Shown piece by piece: positions 17,216 through 26,765 of a stretch of DNA of 32,000 nucleotides. The notes beneath the pieces were generated by a model, which saw only the letters and a list, made by a program, of their open reading frames with translations, did not search any database and was not told the DNA's origin. Origin of the DNA: Candidatus Saccharimonadota bacterium (GTDB lineage Bacteria; Pseudomonadota; Gammaproteobacteria; Enterobacterales; Enterobacteriaceae); assembly GCA_041941795.1 (NCBI GenBank), contig CP145872.1:150001-182000 (forward strand). The letters run 5' to 3'. The first letter of the stretch is position 1. Each line of letters begins with the position of its first letter. A program made the position numbers and the translations under genes.

Positions 17216-18051
17216 TGGATATCAATATTTGGTTACAGGTTGCTCAGCTGACGCTAGTTCACAGTAACGCTTCTAAGCGAGATGCTGAAATATTACTTGA
17301 ATTTGTTATGGAAAAACCAAAAAGTTGGTTAAAAACATTTGATGATGCTCCTATAAGGAGTAAGGAACTAAAAAAACTAAATTTATTTTTAAATAAAAGG
17401 GTTCAGGGTTATCCCATAGCATATCTTATTGAAGAATGGGAATTTTGGTCACTCCCTCTCAGAATTACTCCCATAACCTTCATTCCTCGTGCGGATACTG
17501 AAACATTAGTATCTCAAGCACTTTTACATATTACTAATGCGAGCATGCGAATTTTAGACTTAGGTACTGGCTCAGGAGCAATTGCGTTGGCTCTTGCTTG
17601 GGAGCGTTCTGAGTGTTATATATTAGGAGTGGATTATAATAAATATTGTGTATCATTGGCACAATATAATGCTTGGAAGCTAGGAATAAAGAATGCTGCG
17701 TTTATCTATAGTAATTGGTTTTCCACCCTATCTGGAAAAAGATTTCATATAATTGTAAGTAATCCACCATATATTGATAGAACAGATATGCATTTAAAAT
17801 GTGGAGACTTACGATTTGAACCCACTCAATCTTTGATCGCTAAAAATAAAGGACTGGGGGATCTAAAAAGCATTATTTATCAGTCTTCTAATTATTTAGA
17901 AGATGAAGGATGGTTATTAGTTGAACATGGTTTTCAACAAGGAGAACAGGTTCGAAAATTTATGATTATAAATAATTTTAAACATGTTCGCACTTATTTT
18001 GATTTTTATAACCATGAACGAGTAACGTCGGGACAAAAATTAAATAGTTGA
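17215..18051 (+). CDS. prmC: Release-factor glutamine N5-methyltransferase PrmC (HemK)
   Basis: 278 aa. The SAM motif ILDLGTGSGAIALALA and the catalytic NPPY (IVSNPPYI) are present. The start overlaps the prfA stop (TAATG), giving the classic prfA-prmC coupling. Confidence 0.92.
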   Translation: MDINIWLQVAQLTLVHSNASKRDAEILLEFVMEKPKSWLKTFDDAPIRSKELKKLNLFLNKRVQGYPIAYLIEEWEFWSLPLRITPITFIPRADTETLVSQALLHITNASMRILDLGTGSGAIALALAWERSECYILGVDYNKYCVSLAQYNAWKLGIKNAAFIYSNWFSTLSGKRFHIIVSNPPYIDRTDMHLKCGDLRFEPTQSLIAKNKGLGDLKSIIYQSSNYLEDEGWLLVEHGFQQGEQVRKFMIINNFKHVRTYFDFYNHERVTSGQKLNS

Positions 18052-18081
18052 AATTTTCCTATAATTAAAGAATGATAGACG

Positions 18082-18100
18082 ATCCAAATGTCATTTGGAT
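18082..18100 (+). terminator. Short hairpin after prmC
   Basis: atccaaat (18082-18089), loop gtc, atttggat (18093-18100). It is AT-rich, has no U-tail, and lies 30 nt after the prmC stop. Confidence 0.25.
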
Positions 18101-18346
18101 AATAATGTAAAAATCTCAAACTTAATTAGTGAGGATCAAGAATTCAAAAATATTGTCAATCGGTTATGCTTCTTATTGCATGTTAATTTCAAGACTTGAC
18201 TTCTAATGTTATGGAGGATCATTTAAGGTATTAGTTAAAGCTGCACTTGAATATCAACAGAATATGTGAAAAATGTTAGAGCAATCGCGACCTAATATTT
18301 GACTTCGTTGTATAGTGAGTTTAGTGAGGAAAGTAAGGGAAAAATA

Positions 18347-19645
18347 ATGTGTAAAATTGATAAACTTATTAGTCGAGAAATTTTAGATTCTCGGGGTTTT
18401 CCTACGATTGAAACAGAAGTGCATTTATCGGAAGGATCTGTAGGAATAGCATCCGTTCCTTCTGGCGCTTCTAGAGGATATCGGGAAGCTTTAGAATTAC
18501 GTGATCAAGATGATACTCGTTTTTTGGGAAGAGGAGTTCTAAAGGCGGTAGATATTGTCAATACACATCTAGCAAAAGCTTTGAAAGGTAAAAATGCTAT
18601 AGAACAGAAAGAGATTGATGAAATTATGATAAATATGGATGGGACTATCAATAAGTCCACGCTGGGAGCTAATAGCATTTTATCCGTATCATTAGCTACT
18701 GCAAAAGCTGCGACTTCTTGTAAAGGAGTACCTTTATATGAACATATTGCTGAACTTTATGGACAGGCTCATAACTCTCTCATTCCGATCCCGCTGATTA
18801 ATATTATTAACGGAGGTACACATGCACATAATAATATTGATATTCAAGAATTTATGATTATTCCGGTAGGGGCTAACAACATAAAGGAAGCTCTTCGGAT
18901 AGGAGCGGAAGTATTTCATAACCTAGGCAAAATTCTTATTATCAACGGAATGAGTACTGCTCTTGGAGATGAAGGCGGTTATGCCCCTAATCTTCAATCT
19001 AATATATCTGCTTTTGACTATATTAAAGAAGCAGTAGAATGCTCTGGTTATCGATTAGGTCAAGATATTACTTTTGCTATCGATTGCGCTGCTAATGAAC
19101 TTTTCGATGATATTACAGGAAAATATATTCTCGGTGCTGATAATTTAAGCCTAACTTCCCAAGCAATGACACATTACTTAGAAAATTTGACTCAACACTA
19201 TCCTCTAGTTTCTATTGAAGATGGTTTAAAAGAGAACGATTTGTCAGGATTTGCTTACCAAACTAAAGTATTAGGTAATAGTTGCCAAGTAGTAGGTGAC
19301 GATCTTTTTGTAACGAATTCTAAAATCCTTCAACAAGGAATTGAAAAAAAACTAGCCAATTCTATTATTATAAAATACAACCAAATTGGTACATTATCTG
19401 AAACACTATCTACCATAAAAATGGCACAGCAGGCTAATTATTCAGTCATTATTTCCCATAGATCTGGAGAGACCGAAGATACCACTATTGCAGATTTAGC
19501 AGTAGGTACATCCTCCGGGCAAATTAAAACTGGGTCTATGAGTCGATCTGAACGAATAGCTAAGTATAATCAACTAATACGTATTGAAGAAACACTAGGA
19601 CAGGATGCGAAGTTTAGTAAAATTACAAAATTACAACGATCATAA
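18347..19645 (+). CDS. eno: Enolase
   Basis: The track ORF starts at TTG 18299. The ATG at 18347 is preceded by AAGGGA and gives [27 protein letters not shown], aligning with E. coli [58 protein letters not shown] and [18 protein letters not shown] are all conserved. Confidence 0.96.
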   Translation: MCKIDKLISREILDSRGFPTIETEVHLSEGSVGIASVPSGASRGYREALELRDQDDTRFLGRGVLKAVDIVNTHLAKALKGKNAIEQKEIDEIMINMDGTINKSTLGANSILSVSLATAKAATSCKGVPLYEHIAELYGQAHNSLIPIPLINIINGGTHAHNNIDIQEFMIIPVGANNIKEALRIGAEVFHNLGKILIINGMSTALGDEGGYAPNLQSNISAFDYIKEAVECSGYRLGQDITFAIDCAANELFDDITGKYILGADNLSLTSQAMTHYLENLTQHYPLVSIEDGLKENDLSGFAYQTKVLGNSCQVVGDDLFVTNSKILQQGIEKKLANSIIIKYNQIGTLSETLSTIKMAQQANYSVIISHRSGETEDTTIADLAVGTSSGQIKTGSMSRSERIAKYNQLIRIEETLGQDAKFSKITKLQRS

Positions 19646-19757
19646 AATTATTGATTTTTTTTCTCATTTTGTTAGGATAATTATCCTATCTAAAAAAAAC
19701 AGTGATTATTCATATAATTTTGATTATGCCATCCTAAAAAATAGATATTAATATCTA

Positions 19758-20501
19758 ATGGATAATAATATTACCAAAAATATTACGGCTATTATTCCCG
19801 CCGCCGGCTTAGGACGTAGAATGCAATCTTCTTGTCCCAAACAATATCTAACTATTGGAAGTAAAACTATTCTTGAACATGCTATTAGTGTATTATTGGA
19901 ACATCCAGCAATTCAACACATTATCATTGTGATAAATTCTGAAGATCGCTGGTTTGAGTTACTTCCGCTCGTAAATAATATTCGTATTACTACTACCCTG
20001 GGTAAAATGACACGCTCTCAGTCCGTTATGGCAGGATTACAAGCTCTCGAGCATACTAATACTGACTGGGTTCTTATCCATGATGCCGTTCGTCCATGTC
20101 TACATCGTCACGATGTAGATCAGTTACTAAAGATTACTACTCATCCCCAGGGGGAATATTGTTCTCAGGTAGGAGGCATTCTTGTGAATCCTGTATGCGA
20201 TACCATAAAATGCAGCATAGAGGAACAATACATCATTTCTCATACCATTGATCGCAAAAATTTATGGCATGCATTAACACCACAATTATTTCCTTTAAAA
20301 CTTTTACACAGTTGTTTACTTCGGGCCCTAGAGCTAGGGAGAGAACTTACAGATGATTCTTCGGCACTCGAATACTGTGGTTATCATCCAGCTCTTATAG
20401 TAGGACACAGAAATAATATTAAAGTAACATATCCCGAAGACTTAACCATAGCATCAGTTTATCTTCAAGAACAAAAACATCAACATGAGAAGATATTATA
20501 A
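19758..20501 (+). CDS. ispD: 2-C-methyl-D-erythritol 4-phosphate cytidylyltransferase
   Basis: 247 aa. IIPAAGLGRRMQSSCPKQYL.IG..TILEH, WVLIHDAVRPCLH, LWHALTPQLFP and NIKVTYPEDL match E. coli IspD. Confidence 0.94.
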   Translation: MDNNITKNITAIIPAAGLGRRMQSSCPKQYLTIGSKTILEHAISVLLEHPAIQHIIIVINSEDRWFELLPLVNNIRITTTLGKMTRSQSVMAGLQALEHTNTDWVLIHDAVRPCLHRHDVDQLLKITTHPQGEYCSQVGGILVNPVCDTIKCSIEEQYIISHTIDRKNLWHALTPQLFPLKLLHSCLLRALELGRELTDDSSALEYCGYHPALIVGHRNNIKVTYPEDLTIASVYLQEQKHQHEKIL

Positions 20502-20977
20502 TGCGAATTGGCCAGGGTTTTGATGTTCATGCTTTCTATGGTGATCCACCCATAATTTTGGGTGGAGTAAAAATAGCTTCTCTAAAAGGAGTACGTTCTC
20601 ATTCTGATGGGGATGTATTAATCCATGCATTAATAGATGCTTTATTAGGAGCATTAGCATTAGGAGACATTGGAAATTTATTTCCTAATAATACTGAAGA
20701 GTATAAAGATGCTGATAGTCGGGTATTATTACGAACTTCTTGGGACCTAATTATGAAAAAAGGTTATAAAATAGGAAATATTGATATAACTGTTCTTACT
20801 GAAGTTCCTTTTATATCTCCATATGTTCCAGAAATACGCAGAAACTTAATGAATGATTTAGATTGTAAGAACATAGACGCAATCAATATTAAAGCTACTA
20901 CTACCGAACAATTAGGATTTCTAGGACGTAAAGAAGGGATTGCATGTGCGGCCATAGTATTTCTTATAAAAAAATAA
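20501..20977 (+). CDS. ispF: 2-C-methyl-D-erythritol 2,4-cyclodiphosphate synthase
   Basis: 158 aa. MRIGQGFDVHAF, HSDGDVLIHAL.DALLGA.ALGDIG.LFP and NIKATTTEQLGF.GR.EGIAC.A match E. coli IspF. There is a 1-nt overlap with ispD (TAATG). Confidence 0.95.
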   Translation: MRIGQGFDVHAFYGDPPIILGGVKIASLKGVRSHSDGDVLIHALIDALLGALALGDIGNLFPNNTEEYKDADSRVLLRTSWDLIMKKGYKIGNIDITVLTEVPFISPYVPEIRRNLMNDLDCKNIDAINIKATTTEQLGFLGRKEGIACAAIVFLIKK

Positions 20978-21082
20978 AAAGTATTATATATACTTTATAT
21001 TTCTAATTTTATTTTTCAATCATCTCTCTATATTACTAAAATTAGTAATCTCATCCATTCATCAAGAATGATGATAGATAAA

Positions 21083-21494
21083 ACGTTTCCTTTCAAAACA
21101 TAGCGAAAGAAGAGCAGTTTAATATAATAGTCGCGCGAAAAATTTTATAATACTCAATAAATATTGATTAACTTCTCTTCCTCTGAAATTGACATGGATT
21201 TATACTGGCCTCAAGGTGACCCTAATAACATCGACACTAAAATGGGTCAATTTTATTATTAATAAATATATTATAGAGATCGCTTAAATCAAGGAAAACT
21301 GAAAATCTAAAATCTCAAATTTCAATCTATCTTTCGACCAATCCTAGATGCTTATAACTTGCCAATATCATTCCTAAGTGAATATTGGTGTAGTACCTGT
21401 AGATATCCTACATCTAGTAGATAATGATTTTTCTTCGGCATAGTTAGAACATAAATTTCGAACCATTCGAAAATTATCACCCTTTGCGTTATGA
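21083..21494 (+). pseudogene. nlpD: Relic of murein hydrolase activator NlpD (LysM and LytM/M23 fragments, frameshifted with stops)
   Basis: Hand translation gives three islands in different frames. 21100-21171: IAKEEQFNIIVARKIL*YSINID vs E. coli LysM region [27 protein letters not shown]. 21197-21262: DLYWPQGDPNNIDTKMGQFYY* vs TWRWPTEGKV...NKGIDIAGSKGQAIIA. 21393-21494: VDILHLVDNDFSSA*LEHKFRTIRKLSPFAL* vs IIIKHNDDYLSAYAHN...LHFEIRYKGKSVNPLRYL. It sits immediately upstream of rpoS, as nlpD does in E. coli. Boundaries are approximate. Confidence 0.55.
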
Positions 21495-21582
21495 AATATT
21501 AACCTCAACAAATCAATTAGGAGGAATCAATAAAAAATTTTAGGGATTTTTCCTTAAAATAACGGTAAGGAGAGAGCAACTT

Positions 21583-22590
21583 ATGAGTCATACTTTGCTG
21601 GAAGTCTTGTACCAAAATAATCTAACATTAGAACTAGTCGAACCAGAAATCTTAGATGAAAATACCTTTCTAAATGAAAGAGACAAAGAACTTGAGTATC
21701 AGTTAAGAAGAGAAGAGTATTTTGAGTATTTATCAACTACGGGCAATTCTGCTCAACATCTTTTAGATGCAACCCAACTTTATTTAGCCGAAATTGGATT
21801 TTCTCCGTTATTAACGGCCGAAGAAGAAGTTTGTTTTTCACGTCAATCCTCTAATGGAGATATTATTGCTCGCCAACGAATGATAGAAAGTAATCTTCGC
21901 TTAGTAGTCAAAATTGCGCGTCGATATTGTAATCGCGGTTTATCATTACTAGATCTCATTGAGGAAGGAAACTTAGGTTTAATTAGAGCAGTAGAAAAAT
22001 TTGACCATACCAGAGGATTTCGATTTTCTACTTATGCCACATGGTGGATTCGTCAAAATATAGAACGCGCAATAATGAATCAAAGTCGTACTATACGTTT
22101 ACCAATTCATATTGTTAAAGAGTTGAATTGTTATTTGCGGTGTTCAAGACAACTATTGCAGATCTTAGATCATCCACCTAGTGCTGAAGATATTGCAGTG
22201 CATCTCGATAAACCTATTAATGATATCATTCGGCTGCTCCGCCTGAATGAACGTATTTCTTCAGTGAATTCCCCATTAAGCCATGAATCCGAAAAAATGT
22301 TATTAGATATTATTACCGATGAAAAAGTATCGGGACCGGAAGATACTACGCAATATGATAATATGAAACAAAGCATTGTTAAATGGCTCTATGAACTCAC
22401 GGCTAAACAACGGGAAGTATTAGCACGTAGATTCGGTCTTTTAGGTTATGAAGCATCTACTCTTGAAGAGGTAGGTCGTCAAATTGGTTTGACTAGAGAA
22501 CGCGTACGTCAAATTCAAGTAGAAGGATTGCATAGATTACGGGATTTATTACAATCTCAGGGACTAAATATAGAAGCTCTATTTTGTTAA
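21583..22590 (+). CDS. rpoS: RNA polymerase sigma factor RpoS (sigma-38)
   Basis: 335 aa. It is preceded by [110 protein letters not shown], and the C-terminus [29 protein letters not shown] follow E. coli RpoS (330 aa) rather than RpoD. Synteny is nlpD relic-rpoS-mutS. Confidence 0.95.
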   Translation: MSHTLLEVLYQNNLTLELVEPEILDENTFLNERDKELEYQLRREEYFEYLSTTGNSAQHLLDATQLYLAEIGFSPLLTAEEEVCFSRQSSNGDIIARQRMIESNLRLVVKIARRYCNRGLSLLDLIEEGNLGLIRAVEKFDHTRGFRFSTYATWWIRQNIERAIMNQSRTIRLPIHIVKELNCYLRCSRQLLQILDHPPSAEDIAVHLDKPINDIIRLLRLNERISSVNSPLSHESEKMLLDIITDEKVSGPEDTTQYDNMKQSIVKWLYELTAKQREVLARRFGLLGYEASTLEEVGRQIGLTRERVRQIQVEGLHRLRDLLQSQGLNIEALFC

Positions 22591-22612
22591 ATCCTTATTA
22601 CTATACTTAATA

Positions 22613-22633
22613 GCGGTCGATTAACTCGACCGC
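22613..22633. terminator. Rho-independent-type terminator hairpin between convergent rpoS and mutS
   Basis: gcggtcga (22613-22620), loop ttaac, tcgaccgc (22626-22633). The 8-bp stem is perfect and GC-rich. It is followed on the plus strand by aaattattatttttgtt and lies 22 nt after the rpoS stop. Confidence 0.65.
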
Positions 22634-22649
22634 AAATTATTATTTTTGT

Positions 22650-25244
22650 TCACAGAAAAGATCTTAACTTATATATCCATTCGAGTGCCTCGAAGGGAGT
22701 AAGGTCATCGGGATCTAAATTTTTTAGAGTAGTGACGATATTATTATTGACATCTGATTCTTTTATTAAGATGGAGGAGTCATTTATATGTTCTCTTGAC
22801 CACTCTTCAACTTGAGTAAGTTTATTCTTTTTAAATTCTAATAGCTTTTTTTTGGCACAATCAATGACTGTTTGAGGAATTCCAGCTAGAGAGGCTACCG
22901 CTAATCCGTAACTTTTATTAGCTGATCCTTCATGTACACTATGAAGAAATATAATAGTATTATTATGCTCCATAGCCTTAAAATGAACATTGCCCATACA
23001 CTTTATTTTATTTGGTAAAGCAGTCAGTTCAAAGTAATGGGTAGAAAAAAGTGTCATGGATTTTATACTACATGCTAATTTTTCAGCTGTAGCCCATGCT
23101 ATTGACAATCCCTCATCAGTGGAAGTACCTCGTCCAATTTCATCAATAATCACTAGACTATTTTTAGTAGCATTATTGAGTATATAAGCTGTTTCACTCA
23201 TTTCTACCATAAAAGTTGAACGACTAGAAGCAAGATCATCTGCGGCTCCAATGCGAGTAAAAATCTTATCTATAGGGCCAATCGAGGCATATTCTGCTGG
23301 AACATAACTACCACTATAGGCCATTAATATGATAAGGGCCGTTTGTCGCATATAAGTACTTTTTCCGCCCATATTAGGAGCCGTTATCATTAACATCCGC
23401 CGTTCTGAAGATAGAGACAAGGAATTAGCAATAAATGGTGTTTTGATTACCTGTTCTACAACAGGATGCCGTGCGTTCTTTAATTTTATGCCATAATTCT
23501 CTCTGAGAATGGGTTGTGAATAATTCAAGGTTAACGCTCGTTCCGCAAGAGTATTTAACACATCCAGTTTAGTAATAGCTTGAGCACATTTTTGCAACTC
23601 AACGAGATGTGGAATGATCAATTTCAATAAATCATAATAGATCATTGTTTCCAAGACCAGCATTCTATTTTTAGAATGGAGATTTTTGTATTCATACTCT
23701 TTCAATTCCTGGAATACATAACGCTCGCAATTTTTTAAAGTTTGACGCCGGATATAGTTAGAAGGAACAAGATGAGTTTGACTACGATTAATCTGAGCAA
23801 AATATCCATGAATATTATTATATTTGATTTTCAAGGAATCTACTCCTAAGTTTTTACGTTCTCTTTCTTCTAATTCCTTTAAAAACTTATTATCCCCTTC
23901 ATCAAATACACGTAATTCATCCAGCTGAGCATTATAACCTTTTGCAATAAATCCTCCATATCTTATGTGAGGCGGAGCTTTATCAACAATAGCGCGATCC
24001 AATAACTCCCGTACTTCTTTGCATTCCACCATTTCGGATCGCAGCTGATTTAGATGCTCGTTTTTTACAGTCGCAAGCAAATTTTTTAATTCCGGTAACT
24101 TCTGCAAACAATTTCGAAGGCTTACTAGATCTCTAGGTTGAGTGCCTCCTAATGATAAACGTGCTGTAATGCGTTCTGCATCTCCCATTCGCGATAGAAA
24201 ACATTTAGTTTCAGCGTTAATATTCTGGAGCATAGCTATGATTTCTTGACGGGTACGAAGGGTATTTAAATTGCGGATGGGATACAAGAGCCACCGTTTT
24301 AATAGTCTACTTCCCATATTAGTGGCATTTTTATCTAAGATAGCAAATAACGTATTCTTTTCATTTCCTGCAATACTATGAGTAATTTCTAGATTTTTCT
24401 GTGTAGATGCATCTAGAAAAATAGTGTCCTGAGGATAATGCATAGTAATGATCCGGAGATGAGGAATATAATCTACCTGATGAACTTTTTTTATATAGTT
24501 AAGTGCCGCTCCCGCACAACGAAGAGCTCTTTCGGCATGATCAACACCAAAACCTTTTAAATCTTTGGTTCGAAACTGAAAATTTAATGCCTCGCGAGCT
24601 CTCTCGAGATCAAACATATCTCCTGGTAATGTTGTTAGGACTGAGCAATTCGCAAGAATATCGATGGGCTGAAAATTATCCGAATGAAGCACTTCTGCCG
24701 GAGTAGTTCTTTGAAGTTCTGCTAACATAGAAGCTTCATCTTGAGGTTCTACTAACCTAATATATCCTGCACTTAGATTTATAGTTGTATAACCAAATGT
24801 TCCTTCAGATTTTTTTTCTTTCCAGATAGCTGCTAAGAGATTATCTCTTTTATCTGGGACTAGGTCTTCATCTACTACTGTGCCGGGGGTAACAATACGT
24901 ACTATTTTACGTTCAACTGGACCATTTTTGCCTTTTACGGATCGTCGATTATTACTCTCAGAATTACCAATTTGTTCACAAATTGCTCCTGATTTTCCGA
25001 GGCGCAGCAGTTTGGCTAAAAAATTATTTAAAGAATCGTGGGGAATTCCTGCCATTGGAATTGGAGGGTTATTATTAAATCGTCGGGAAGTAAGTGAAAT
25101 ATTCAGTAACTTGGCAGCAATTATTGCATCTTCGTAGAACAATTCATAAAAATCTCCAATTCTATAAAAAAGTAAAATTTTCGGAGTTTCGGCCTTAATA
25201 CGAAAATATTGTTGCATTATTGGCGGATAATTCCCAATATCCAT
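22650..25244 (-). CDS. mutS: DNA mismatch repair protein MutS
   Basis: 864 aa. The mismatch-binding motif MQQY...[17 protein letters not shown], the Walker [43 protein letters not shown] and the C-terminus LDPD.LTP..ALEWIY.L are collinear with E. coli MutS (853 aa). Confidence 0.96.
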   Translation of the reverse strand: MDIGNYPPIMQQYFRIKAETPKILLFYRIGDFYELFYEDAIIAAKLLNISLTSRRFNNNPPIPMAGIPHDSLNNFLAKLLRLGKSGAICEQIGNSESNNRRSVKGKNGPVERKIVRIVTPGTVVDEDLVPDKRDNLLAAIWKEKKSEGTFGYTTINLSAGYIRLVEPQDEASMLAELQRTTPAEVLHSDNFQPIDILANCSVLTTLPGDMFDLERAREALNFQFRTKDLKGFGVDHAERALRCAGAALNYIKKVHQVDYIPHLRIITMHYPQDTIFLDASTQKNLEITHSIAGNEKNTLFAILDKNATNMGSRLLKRWLLYPIRNLNTLRTRQEIIAMLQNINAETKCFLSRMGDAERITARLSLGGTQPRDLVSLRNCLQKLPELKNLLATVKNEHLNQLRSEMVECKEVRELLDRAIVDKAPPHIRYGGFIAKGYNAQLDELRVFDEGDNKFLKELEERERKNLGVDSLKIKYNNIHGYFAQINRSQTHLVPSNYIRRQTLKNCERYVFQELKEYEYKNLHSKNRMLVLETMIYYDLLKLIIPHLVELQKCAQAITKLDVLNTLAERALTLNYSQPILRENYGIKLKNARHPVVEQVIKTPFIANSLSLSSERRMLMITAPNMGGKSTYMRQTALIILMAYSGSYVPAEYASIGPIDKIFTRIGAADDLASSRSTFMVEMSETAYILNNATKNSLVIIDEIGRGTSTDEGLSIAWATAEKLACSIKSMTLFSTHYFELTALPNKIKCMGNVHFKAMEHNNTIIFLHSVHEGSANKSYGLAVASLAGIPQTVIDCAKKKLLEFKKNKLTQVEEWSREHINDSSILIKESDVNNNIVTTLKNLDPDDLTPFEALEWIYKLRSFL

Positions 25245-25621
25245 AGTTGATTTCCTTTTTATTAATTTGTTAGACTAAACTAAAGCTAAATAGTAAGATA
25301 ATCAAGTTTTAAAATCATCTTTTTTTGTATCTCTTTAGGACTTTGGATAAATTCTGAAAGAAATTAATCATCTCAAAATTATCCATCTCAATCTGAATAG
25401 CTATCGACAGATAAGAGTATCATAACCATACCAGACGGAATAAGAACAATAAAGAATACTTCATTCACTCTGAACTCTGAAGGTGAGTAATTATATCATT
25501 TTAGTAGAATTGAAATCAGATATTTTATGTGATCATCTAACTAATTTAATTTTAGTGTATCTCTTCTTTGCATAGATTAAAATTACTTAATAAAAATTAT
25601 TATATAATAGGAATTATTATA

Positions 25622-26629
25622 GTGAATAACGAAAATAAAGAAAAGGCTCTTTTAGCGGCCTTAGTCCAAATTGAAAAACAATTTGGAAAAGGTTCTATTA
25701 TGCGGCTAGGAGATAATAGGTCAATGGAAGTGGAAACTATTTCTACGGGTTCAATATCTTTAGATGTAGCTTTAGGGGTAGGTGGCCTCCCATTAGGTAG
25801 AATTGTAGAAATTTTTGGTCCTGAGTCCTCGGGAAAAACCACTTTAACACTGCAAGTTATTGCCGCTGCGCAACGACAAAATAAAACTTGTGTCTTTATA
25901 GATGCCGAACATGCTTTAGATCCTGGGTATGCCAAAATTCTAGGAGTAAATATAGATCAACTTCTTTGTTCTCAACCTGATACCGGAGAACAAGCTTTAG
26001 AAATTTGTGATCTCTTAGCACGTTCTGGAGTGGTGGATGTAATTATTGTAGATTCAGTAGCCGCATTGACTCCCAAAGCAGAAATCGAAGGAGAAATGGG
26101 CGATTCACATATAGGACTCGCTGCTCGCATGATGAGTCAAGCAATGCGAAAATTAACAAGTAATTTAAAACAGTCTCACACCCTTCTAATATTTATAAAT
26201 CAGATCCGCATAAAAATCGGAGTACTATTTGGCAATCCCGAAATTACTACCGGAGGAAACGCGCTAAAATTTTATGCTTCTATTCGTCTAGACATACGTA
26301 GAATTGGCTCTATAAAACATGGGGATGAGGTAGTCGGCAGTGAAACTCGTGTGAGAGTAGTCAAAAACAAAGTGGCAGTACCTTTTAAACACGCAGATTT
26401 TCAGATCCTGTATGGACAGGGTATTAATATTTATGGGGAAATTCTCGATTTAGGAGTTAAACATAATTTGGTAGAAAAATCTGGCTCGTGGTATAGTTAT
26501 AATGGCATTAAAATAGGTCAAGGAAAAACTAATGCTACTAGTTATTTAAAAGAAAATCATTGTATTGCCAATGAGCTTGAGCAAAAATTACGAGAACTAC
26601 TTTTTAAAAATTTTAGAAATAAGGGATAA
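25622..26629 (+). CDS. recA: Recombinase RecA (C-terminal acidic tail absent)
   Basis: The track ORF starts at TTG 25568. GTG 25622 lies 9 nt after AGGA and gives (M)[29 protein letters not shown], aligning with E. coli [31 protein letters not shown]. The Walker [14 protein letters not shown], the L2 region [33 protein letters not shown] and SWYSY.G.KIGQGK.NA are conserved. The start codon is uncertain. Confidence 0.93.
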   Translation: MNNENKEKALLAALVQIEKQFGKGSIMRLGDNRSMEVETISTGSISLDVALGVGGLPLGRIVEIFGPESSGKTTLTLQVIAAAQRQNKTCVFIDAEHALDPGYAKILGVNIDQLLCSQPDTGEQALEICDLLARSGVVDVIIVDSVAALTPKAEIEGEMGDSHIGLAARMMSQAMRKLTSNLKQSHTLLIFINQIRIKIGVLFGNPEITTGGNALKFYASIRLDIRRIGSIKHGDEVVGSETRVRVVKNKVAVPFKHADFQILYGQGINIYGEILDLGVKHNLVEKSGSWYSYNGIKIGQGKTNATSYLKENHCIANELEQKLRELLFKNFRNKG

Positions 26630-26765
26630 AAATAAAGGCAATTATGATTTGTCCGTCAACTCGGAGAGAGATTAATTTTTACACCGGAAACATCGGAAAC
26701 ATATTCGAGTACTTTTCTCCTCAGCATGTTTCTGTGTCACTCTATTTAGTATATCTAGGATACTT

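Noticed and set aside
19673-19688. The palindrome taggataattatccta, considered as a Fur box because of its GATAAT/ATTATC half-sites.
   Set aside because: The half-sites overlap (GATAATTATC) instead of showing the 7-1-7 / 19-bp Fur architecture. One or two perfect 16-bp palindromes are expected by chance at this composition. It is kept only as a minor note under the ftsB finding.
25393-25410. ctgaatagctatcgacag upstream of recA, considered as a LexA/SOS box.
   Set aside because: The spacing is CTG-N12-CAG, not CTG-N10-CAG. The flanking TA(C)TGT...ACAGTA consensus is absent, and the site lies more than 200 bp from the recA start.
25600-25935. A 111-aa antisense ORF inside recA. Similar antisense or overlapping ORFs occur at 196-426, 1410-1670, 3741-3956, 6097-6360, 6463-6690, 8633-8842, 14236-14520, 14990-15253, 18734-18919, 20764-20955, 22170-22376, 24503-24706, 24880-25137, 26880-27098, 27241-27480 and 29054-29245.
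   Set aside because: Each lies wholly within or across a strongly conserved gene on the other strand or in another frame. None has a recognisable domain, and the composition is low-complexity. These are typical shadow ORFs of conserved, locally GC-richer coding sequence.
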